Shown here piece after piece: positions 40,753 to 47,308 of a DNA stretch of 64,000 bases; within the stretch, counting starts at the first letter, position 1; every line of letters starts with the position of its first letter. The DNA is taken from assembly GCA_037444855.1 (NCBI GenBank), contig JBBILO010000004.1, positions 852 to 64,851 on the forward strand. Direction: 5' to 3'. Source of the DNA: Candidatus Roizmanbacteria bacterium. GTDB taxonomy: Bacteria; Patescibacteriota; Microgenomatia; UBA1406; GWC2-37-13. The position numbers and the translations under genes are program-made. The notes beneath the pieces were generated by a model. It was not told where the DNA came from. It saw only the letters and a program-made list of their open reading frames with translations, and did no database searches.

Positions 40753-41346
40753 ATGAAAAAGAAATTATTTATTTTCCCCCTTTTTTTTATTGTATTGATC
40801 ATCAATTTTTATATCGTTATGATCCTTAATATTCAAAATAAAAATCAGGATATGGTTCAAAAAATATTTTACGAAATAAATCATATTAACAATCAAAATA
40901 ACTTTTCTGTGCTTCCTTCCTTGGATAAATCATCGGTTAATTTCGAAACAGAATTGGTTTTAGGCGATAGTCGGCTTGCCAACTTAAAATCATTTTTTAG
41001 AAAATATAATTCTCCACTTTATGACTATGCCGAAAAGATTATTGAGGTTTCCGATCGATATCATTTTGACTATCGATTGCTACCAGCAATCGCCATGCAA
41101 GAATCAAATTTGTGTTTAAAAATTCCTGAAAATTCTCATAATTGTTGGGGTTGGGGGATTTACGGAGACAAGGTAACAAAATTTAATTCATATGAGGAAG
41201 CGATTGAAGTTGTTGCTAAGGGAATTAAAGAAGAATACCTAGATAAGGGTTTAGTGACGGCTTCTCAGATAATGAAAAAGTATACTCCACCTTCGACTGG
41301 AAGCTGGGCAAAAGGAGTTAATTTATTTATAAGATTATTGGAATAA
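40753..41346 (+). CDS. Membrane-anchored GH73-like (glucosaminidase-type) peptidoglycan hydrolase, paralog A
   Basis: N-terminal TM. LLPAIAMQESNL..SHNCWGWG fits the ..A.ES..G...N.FG pattern of LytD/FlgJ-type glucosaminidases. Paralogous to 42778-43341. Confidence 0.5.
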   Translation: MKKKLFIFPLFFIVLIINFYIVMILNIQNKNQDMVQKIFYEINHINNQNNFSVLPSLDKSSVNFETELVLGDSRLANLKSFFRKYNSPLYDYAEKIIEVSDRYHFDYRLLPAIAMQESNLCLKIPENSHNCWGWGIYGDKVTKFNSYEEAIEVVAKGIKEEYLDKGLVTASQIMKKYTPPSTGSWAKGVNLFIRLLE

Positions 41347-41347
41347 T

Positions 41348-41875
41348 TTACTGAACTGATCGCGCTGCTTGTAGTTCTTGAGAAAGAGAATATTGGGTTC
41401 CCATTTTCTTTGAACGGGCTAAAAACAAAGAACCTCTTTTTTTCTTTCTTGTAACTAAAGCCTCAAGCCAGGTTTTTGATTCGGTGACTCTTTTTCTTAA
41501 ATTTCTTAAAATTGAAATGATGATTTCTAGGAAATTAATAGTATAAACATTGGGTTTTTCATCTGTTGTGATAAACGTTAGATTCTCAATATCCTTCACT
41601 TCAGTTAATAAATTTTTTTGGGTCGCTTTGATCGCCTCAATCTCCTTTTTTATTACTTCTAATAACTCCTTAATTTTTCTTCTTATAACTTCTTGTTCGT
41701 AATAATGGTGGTAGTTAAAGATTGTATATTCCCTTCTTTGGGTAGTTGAAAGAGTAAAAGATTTTTCTTTGGAAGTTTGGTGCTCACCAGCAATATGCGA
41801 TAATTTTACTTTCTCTAATTCGTTTAAATTTGTCTTTACTCTGTTATTTTGTTTTTGGAATTTTATTGAAAACAT
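41348..41875 (-). CDS. Hypothetical coiled-coil protein with basic C-terminal tail
   Basis: 175-aa ORF tightly packed after tig. No recognisable motif. Confidence 0.45.
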   Translation of the reverse strand: MFSIKFQKQNNRVKTNLNELEKVKLSHIAGEHQTSKEKSFTLSTTQRREYTIFNYHHYYEQEVIRRKIKELLEVIKKEIEAIKATQKNLLTEVKDIENLTFITTDEKPNVYTINFLEIIISILRNLRKRVTESKTWLEALVTRKKKRGSLFLARSKKMGTQYSLSQELQAARSVQ

Positions 41876-41886
41876 AGCTTATCTTA

Positions 41887-42768
41887 CTATAGGTTAAGAA
41901 GAAAGTCAATAGTTTTTTGTTTTCGTAAAAGAGATACATAATAATAAAGGTTTTGTTTAACATTCTCTTTTTTCTTCTCATCTTTAATTTGATTTAACAA
42001 CTCTTCTATTTCTTTATTTTCAACGGTAATTTTTTCTCTTTCAGCAATTTCGCCCAAGGCAAATTCTAATTTATAACTCTCAACAATCTCTTTTTTGTAC
42101 TTTTCTTTTAATTGGTCAATAGTTAATCCTTTAGAATTAAGATAAGTTTCAATTGTTAATCCCAATTTTTGTAACTCATCAACTAGGTTGGCTAACTTTT
42201 TTTGAAGGTCATTTTGAATCAACAATTCAGGGATAGGGCAGTCAATTTCCTTAATAAGAATATTAAAGATTTCATTCAGTCTAGATATTTTTTTTTCTTC
42301 TGTTTCTGCCTCTGATTGATTTGCGTTACTCTCCTCTTTTCCTGGGACCCATATTTTAGATACTTTTTTATTTTTTTTATTATATTCCATTATCTTCTTT
42401 TTATAATTTTTTAAGTCGATCGATGGTAATTCCGCTAAAGTAATTTTAATTATCCAATCATCATCTTCTTTTGCCTTAATAAGGTCAATTTTTGGATTAG
42501 TAATGGGTTTTAAATTCTCTTTCTTGACAAGTTTATCATAAATTTCTGGTAGAACTTTTTGAAGGACTTTTTCATACACCCTGTTTTTATCAAGATATTT
42601 TTCGGCAATATTTTTGGGGACCCTTCCTTTCCTAAAACCTTTTACCTCCAAATCTTTTGTCATTTCGCTAAAAGCTTGTTCATATTCTTTTTTGAGAGTA
42701 TTTTTGTCAATGAGAACCTCAATTTCAGTATTTTTATTTTCTAGGCGGTTAATTTTATAGGCTTTCAT
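41887..42768 (-). CDS. tig: Trigger factor lacking the PPIase domain
   Basis: Ribosome-binding motif GFRKGRVPKNI in the N-domain. The C-domain-like helical region follows directly. No FKBP block (no ..IPGFE..). 293 aa. Confidence 0.75.
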   Translation of the reverse strand: MKAYKINRLENKNTEIEVLIDKNTLKKEYEQAFSEMTKDLEVKGFRKGRVPKNIAEKYLDKNRVYEKVLQKVLPEIYDKLVKKENLKPITNPKIDLIKAKEDDDWIIKITLAELPSIDLKNYKKKIMEYNKKNKKVSKIWVPGKEESNANQSEAETEEKKISRLNEIFNILIKEIDCPIPELLIQNDLQKKLANLVDELQKLGLTIETYLNSKGLTIDQLKEKYKKEIVESYKLEFALGEIAEREKITVENKEIEELLNQIKDEKKKENVKQNLYYYVSLLRKQKTIDFLLNL

Positions 42769-42777
42769 AAGTTTTAA

Positions 42778-43341
42778 TTATAAAGATAAAATCTTATTTG
42801 TAAAGAGATATTCTAATCTTTTTTCTTCGTTGATAAAAATTTCTTTTAAAAATTTTACTCGTTGAGCCCAAGTAGAACTTTCTGAGTAGATGATCCCAAT
42901 TTCATCCTCAGTCTTAGCGCCTTTATTGAGATAGTGTTCCCGAATTCCTTTTCCAACAGCTTCAATTGATTCGTTCCAATCTCGAAACATAACATAACCA
43001 CCTCCCCAACCAAAAGGATTAAAGCTTTGGGGGTAAACAAAACGTCCAAAGGTTGATTCTAAACCGGCAATCGCTGGTAGTAAATAACAATCTAATTGGT
43101 ACTTTTGGCAGACATATATGAATTGATTAACACTGCTGACTAAAGGTGATTGGTATTTAACAAAAACATTTTCAATAGCTTTAATCTTGATAAAAAAATG
43201 ATTTTCAACGGTGATATTATTATCAGATTTAAGTTTAGCCGATGACTCACTCACAGTTTCGGCTTTCGCAAAATAAAACAAGGGTACAAAAAAAAGGAAT
43301 ATCAGAATTAGGATGACATTTTTTTTAAGAAATTGCCCCAT
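42778..43341 (-). CDS. Secreted or anchored GH73-like peptidoglycan hydrolase, paralog B
   Basis: Signal-like N-terminus. LLPAIAGLESTFG..SFNPFGWGGG aligns with paralog A over about 120 aa. Confidence 0.5.
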   Translation of the reverse strand: MGQFLKKNVILILIFLFFVPLFYFAKAETVSESSAKLKSDNNITVENHFFIKIKAIENVFVKYQSPLVSSVNQFIYVCQKYQLDCYLLPAIAGLESTFGRFVYPQSFNPFGWGGGYVMFRDWNESIEAVGKGIREHYLNKGAKTEDEIGIIYSESSTWAQRVKFLKEIFINEEKRLEYLFTNKILSL

Positions 43342-43384
43342 AAAAAAAATCCTAAAGCTTATCCAATAGGATAAACCTTAGGAT
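43342..43384 (-). terminator. Intrinsic-terminator-like hairpin plus U7-8 tract ending at the start codon of the GH73-like gene B
   Basis: Stem ATCCTAA/TTAGGAT (7 bp), internal loop, stem TTATCC/GGATAA (6 bp), loop AATA at 43349-43384. On the minus strand it is followed by T8 (43342-43349) and then ATG 43341. Confidence 0.5.
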
Positions 43385-43470
43385 CTGGATATTATTATAG
43401 CAAATTAATATAGGTAAGTCAATATTATTAGCTACCAAATTTGAGGTTAAAGTCTAGATCTTATTTCTTT

Positions 43471-43671
43471 GTCATCCTATTCTCCGATTCAAAAAATTAA
43501 AATCTATTTAAGGCACTGAAACGAGTTCGGTACGACAGACTACTATTAATTACATCTTAATCTTATCTTACTCTGATCTCGATCCTAGCCTCGTTATGAC
43601 GGGATGAAGTGGAGGGATCTTAAAGATTATTAAGATATTTATCGATTTCGTTTCGTTCCGCTCGGAATAAT
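43471..43671. repeat. Non-coding stretch with 4 degenerate copies of a GTCRTnnCGARC REP-like motif (fifth copy at 45781-45800)
   Basis: GTCATCCTATTCTCCGATTC (43471-43490, plus). On the minus strand: CTGTCGTACCGAACTCG (43518-43538), CCCGTCATAACGAGG (43589-43603) and ATTATTCCGAGCGGAACG (43654-43671). Compare GTCATGCCGAGCGAAGCGAC at 45781. Confidence 0.3.
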
Positions 43672-43715
43672 AGGAAAAAGGAATGTGGGATATTCGAAGT
43701 TGGTCTCAAACGTTT

Positions 43716-43792
43716 TGGCGGGGCCAACGGGACTTGAACCCGCAACCTCTGCCGTGACAGGGCAGCGCTCTAACCAATTGAGCTATGACCCC
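43716..43792 (-). tRNA. tRNA-Asp (anticodon GTC), CCA encoded
   Basis: Hand-folded cloverleaf: acceptor GGGGTCA/TGGCCCC, anticodon arm CTGCC-CTGTCAC-GGCAG, T loop TTCAAGT. 77 nt. Confidence 0.9.
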
Positions 43793-43910
43793 AACAGATA
43801 AAAAATTATAAATCCGAAGTACGAAATCCTAAACCTAAAAAAAACCCTTTGTTATTCTAAATCTTAAAACCAAACACCTCTATACTAAATATTTTATACC
43901 AATTACTTTG

Positions 43911-43985
43911 GGTGACTGAGGGGACTTGAACCCCCAACAACCTGCTCCACAGGCAGGTGCTCTCACCAATTGAGCTACAGTCACC
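43911..43985 (-). tRNA. tRNA-His (anticodon GTG) with encoded G-1
   Basis: G-1 plus acceptor GTGACTG/CAGTCAC, discriminator C, anticodon arm CCTGC-CTGTGGA-GCAGG, T loop TTCAAGT. Confidence 0.9.
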
Positions 43986-44052
43986 AAGATATATAATTTT
44001 AACATAAAATTATAATGTTTATAGCGGTTTTAACGGTTATAATATAATATCA

Positions 44053-44124
44053 GCCCCTGTAGCTTAACGGATAAAGCACTGGTCTTCGGAACCAGTGATG
44101 GGGGTTCGATTCCCTCCAGGGGCA
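44053..44124 (+). tRNA. tRNA-Arg (anticodon TCG)
   Basis: Acceptor GCCCCTG/CAGGGGC, anticodon arm CTGGT-CTTCGGA-ACCAG, T loop TTCGATT. 72 nt, no CCA. Confidence 0.9.
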
Positions 44125-44131
44125 CACAAAC

Positions 44132-44204
44132 GGGCCTGTAGCTCAACTGGTAGAGCAGCGCCCTCTTAAGGCGTCGGTTGGGAGTTCGAGTCTCCCCAGG
44201 CTCA
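44132..44204 (+). tRNA. tRNA-Lys (anticodon CTT)
   Basis: Acceptor GGGCCTG/CAGGCTC, anticodon arm GCGCC-CTCTTAA-GGCGT, T loop TTCGAGT. 73 nt, no CCA. Confidence 0.9.
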
Positions 44205-44211
44205 CTTTTTT

Positions 44212-45510
44212 ATGAAAAAAAAGTTTCTCTCTTTGGCCTTAGGTTGTCGAGTCAATCAGGCAGAAAAAGAACTTTTGGATTATCAGCTAATTAAAAGTGG
44301 TTGGGAAAAATCAGAAGATAATCCAGAGATTATCGTCGTTAATACCTGTACGGTGACTCATAAAGCAGATCGCGAAAGTCGCCAACTCATATATCAATTA
44401 AAAAAAAATTTTCCGAAATCTAAAGTAGTAATTACCGGCTGTGCGGCGACTTATTGGTTAAAAAATAATATTAGTCATAAGCTCCCGATAGATTTAATCG
44501 TTGACAATCAAAATAAAGATCTCCTTTTCAAGAGAATCAATCAGTTGGTGGGAATTAGAAAAACCAGTGATTTATTTTTAAGCGATAGTTTTATTTCTGA
44601 TAAATATCTTTCATCAAAAAGGTTGCTTCTTAAAATTCAAGATGGGTGTCATCGCTTCTGTTCTTTTTGTATTGTTCCCTATCTTCGTGGACTTCCAAGA
44701 TCAATTCCAGAAGAACAAATTGTTGACAAAATTAACTTTTATCAAAATAATTTTTCCATTAAAGAAGTTATTTTAACAGCTATTAATACTGAGGCTTATG
44801 GTTATGATAATGGAAAAAGCTTAAATTCATTAGTGATCTCAATTTTGAATCAAACTAAAATTCCAAGAATTAGCTTTGGTTCCATTCATCCGTGGTCTTT
44901 TAATAGTAGTTTTCTGCAGGTTTTAAAGGTAATAAAAGATACTAATCGATTTGTTTATTTTTTTCATATTCCCATGCAATCAGGTTCGAATGAGATCTTA
45001 AAGTTAATGAAAAGGGGTTATACTACCAGCGAATATGAAGAGATTGTGAATCAGATCAAAAGAATTTATCCCTATGCCTTTATCGCCACCGATGTCATTG
45101 TCGGTTTTTTAGGAGAAAGTGATGAAAAATTTGAAGAAACTTATCAATTTTTAAAGAAAATTCCAGTCGATCGTTTCCATGTTTTTCGCTATTCAAAAAG
45201 AGAAAAAACGGCTGCCTATTATCTTGAAAAACATATTCCCCCAATCACTGAAAAAGTGAAAAAAAATCGGGCACAAGTTTTAAGAGATCTTTCTCAACAA
45301 AAATTTACTTTATTTAAAGAAAAAATGGTCAATCAGAATGACTTAGCGTTAATTTTAAATAAAAAAGTTGATCAACATTTTTATGAGGCGCTTCTCTCTA
45401 ATCAAATACCAGTAATTGTTGAAGCAAAACCAAGTGATGTCGGCGAAATAAGAAAAGTGAAGGTGACCGAGTTTAAAAAGTCATTACTTTTTGGTAAAAT
45501 TATTAATTAA
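44212..45510 (+). CDS. mtaB: Radical-SAM methylthiotransferase, MtaB-type (ms2t6A37 tRNA modification)
   Basis: N-terminal LALGCRVNQAE (MtaB-like), radical SAM CHRFCSFC, C-terminal TRAM. 432 aa. Confidence 0.8.
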   Translation: MKKKFLSLALGCRVNQAEKELLDYQLIKSGWEKSEDNPEIIVVNTCTVTHKADRESRQLIYQLKKNFPKSKVVITGCAATYWLKNNISHKLPIDLIVDNQNKDLLFKRINQLVGIRKTSDLFLSDSFISDKYLSSKRLLLKIQDGCHRFCSFCIVPYLRGLPRSIPEEQIVDKINFYQNNFSIKEVILTAINTEAYGYDNGKSLNSLVISILNQTKIPRISFGSIHPWSFNSSFLQVLKVIKDTNRFVYFFHIPMQSGSNEILKLMKRGYTTSEYEEIVNQIKRIYPYAFIATDVIVGFLGESDEKFEETYQFLKKIPVDRFHVFRYSKREKTAAYYLEKHIPPITEKVKKNRAQVLRDLSQQKFTLFKEKMVNQNDLALILNKKVDQHFYEALLSNQIPVIVEAKPSDVGEIRKVKVTEFKKSLLFGKIIN

Positions 45511-45583
45511 GGACCCTTAGCTCAATGGCTAGAGCGTTCGCTTGACGTGCGAAAGGTTGGAGGTTCGAGCCCTCCAGGGTCCA
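45511..45583 (+). tRNA. tRNA-Val (anticodon GAC)
   Basis: Starts on the nucleotide after the mtaB TAA. Acceptor GGACCCT/AGGGTCC, anticodon arm TTCGC-TTGACGT-GCGAA. 73 nt. Confidence 0.9.
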
Positions 45584-45591
45584 CTAAAAAT

Positions 45592-45626
45592 GGAACGTAG
45601 AACGTGGAACGTAAAACGTAGAACTT
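45592..45626. repeat. Five tandem heptamers (R)RAACGT
   Basis: GGAACGT AGAACGT GGAACGT AAAACGT AGAACTT read directly, 8 nt after tRNA-Val. Confidence 0.7.
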
Positions 45627-45693
45627 AAATTAATGAATAAAGAAATACGATATACATTATTTAATCTCAAACCGCAAAAGGTTAAAATTAAAT

Positions 45694-45780
45694 TAGTGTA
45701 GAAGTAAAAGTTGGAAATGGTTAAAATTAGGTGCAATCAGTGAAATCATTCAAATCGGTTGAATCTACACTACTTTTTTT
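45694..45780 (+). terminator. Candidate structured element or terminator after tRNA-Val
   Basis: TAGTGTAGA (45694-45702) pairs with TCTACACTA (45764-45772). Inner hairpin ATTCAA-ATCGG-TTGAAT (45748-45764). T7 run at 45774-45780. Confidence 0.3.
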
Positions 45781-45840
45781 GTCATGCCGAGCGAAGCGAC
45801 CAATGAGAGCGGAGTCGAAGAAGTTGTTTTAAATCATTTA

Positions 45841-45893
45841 TTTGCTTGTTAGCCAGCTTGCTGGTTAATTAATAATTAAAAATTGAAATTGAT
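45841..45893. repeat. AT-rich 3'-flank module TTGCTTGTTAGCCAGCTTGCTGGTTAATTAATAATTAAAAATTGAAATTG, homologous to 11271-11320
   Basis: About 80% identity by eye to GTTGCTGGTTAGCTAGTTTGCTGGTTAATAAAAAATTTAAAATTAAAAAC. Both copies lie just downstream of a minus-strand stop codon (cysS, htrA). Confidence 0.55.
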
Positions 45894-45901
45894 TTTAATT
45901 T

Positions 45902-47305
45902 TTACTTTCTTTTGATCTTGTATCCAGTTTCACTGTCTTCGATTAAATATCCGAGTGATTCGATTTTTTTTCTTAATTCATCGGCTTTTTGATAATTTTT
46001 TTGTTTTCGAGCTGTTTGCCTCTCCTCTGCTAGTTGAATAATTTTATCTGGAATGATATCTGGAGCAACTTCTTTTAGTTTTAAGCCAAGAACATGATCA
46101 AAATTTAATAAAAGAGAATATTTTTCATCTTTGGGAATATTTTGATCGTCAACCAGCCTCCAAGCAAGAGATAGAGCTTCTGGAATTTTAAAGTCATTCG
46201 AAATACATTCAATAAATTGATTTTGATATTTGATTGTCTGGGTATTTGTCAATTTAGATGTCGATTTGACTTTATCGGCTAGCCAAGATTTTATTTTGTT
46301 GATTAACTTTAATCTCGCTTGTCGTGATGAGAAAAGAGCATTAAAAGTAAAATTTTGTTGTGATCGATAGTGGGCTTGAAGATAAAAATATCGGAGATCT
46401 AAAGGATCATATTCTTTTTTTATAACGTCGTTTAATGTAAAGACATTGCCTTCGGATTTTGACATTTTTTTATTATCGACCAATAAATGTTCATTATGGA
46501 GCCAATAATTGACAAATTTTTTGCCGGTGTATGATTCACTTTGAGCAATTTCATTGGTATGATGAATCGGGATATGCTCGACTCCCCCCATATGAACATC
46601 AATCGTTTCACCAAGAAGTTTGGTGGCCATCACCGAACATTCAATGTGCCAACCAGGAAAGCCTTCACCCCAAGGCGATGGCCATGTCTGAAGGGCATTT
46701 TTATGTTCGCCTTTTTTAAAAAACCAAAGTGCAAAGTCATAGAAGTGTTTTTTTTGAGGATCAGCCACATTCCCTTTACCGGCATTGGGTAATTGGAGAT
46801 TGAGTTTTTGCCGGGAAAGTTGAGTATATTTTTTAAATTTTGTGACATCAAAATAGATTGCTAGATCAGTAAGATAAGCAATATTATCTTTGAGAAGTTT
46901 ATCGATCATTTTAATCATTTCTGAAATGTATTCTGTCGCCTTTGGCTTGTATGTCGGTTCTTTTATATTTAAAAGTTGAGTGTCGTGTTCAAAAATTTCA
47001 ATATATTTTTGAGCAACTTGCTGAGGGGTTAATTTTTCCCTCCTGGCGGCCTTTTCCATTTTGTCCTCGCCTTCGTCCGCATCGGAGGCTAAATGACCGA
47101 CATCGGTGTAGTTTCTAACAAAAATAACCCGATAGCCAAGATATTCAAAGGTTCGTCTAATCAGATCCGCCCAGACCATGGCGCGAAGATTGCCAATATG
47201 TTGGACCCAATAGACGGTGGGGCCACATTGATAAAAGAGTACCCGTTTATCAGAAAGAGTTTTAAATTCTTCTATTTTTCTTGTCAGAGTATTGTATAGC
47301 TTCAT
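45902..47305 (-). CDS. cysS: Cysteine--tRNA ligase
   Basis: HIGN (HIGH) and KMSKS motifs, CGPTVY zinc site; 467 aa. Confidence 0.95.
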   Translation of the reverse strand: MKLYNTLTRKIEEFKTLSDKRVLFYQCGPTVYWVQHIGNLRAMVWADLIRRTFEYLGYRVIFVRNYTDVGHLASDADEGEDKMEKAARREKLTPQQVAQKYIEIFEHDTQLLNIKEPTYKPKATEYISEMIKMIDKLLKDNIAYLTDLAIYFDVTKFKKYTQLSRQKLNLQLPNAGKGNVADPQKKHFYDFALWFFKKGEHKNALQTWPSPWGEGFPGWHIECSVMATKLLGETIDVHMGGVEHIPIHHTNEIAQSESYTGKKFVNYWLHNEHLLVDNKKMSKSEGNVFTLNDVIKKEYDPLDLRYFYLQAHYRSQQNFTFNALFSSRQARLKLINKIKSWLADKVKSTSKLTNTQTIKYQNQFIECISNDFKIPEALSLAWRLVDDQNIPKDEKYSLLLNFDHVLGLKLKEVAPDIIPDKIIQLAEERQTARKQKNYQKADELRKKIESLGYLIEDSETGYKIKRK

Positions 47306-47308
47306 AGA

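Noticed and set aside
45590-45850. Small peptide ORFs (MERRTWNVKRRT; MNKEIRYTLFNLKPQKVKIKLV; MPSEATNESGVEEVVLNHLFAC)
   Set aside because: They are translations of tandem heptamers or the REP-like motif. They have no SD or -10 geometry and no conservation argument.
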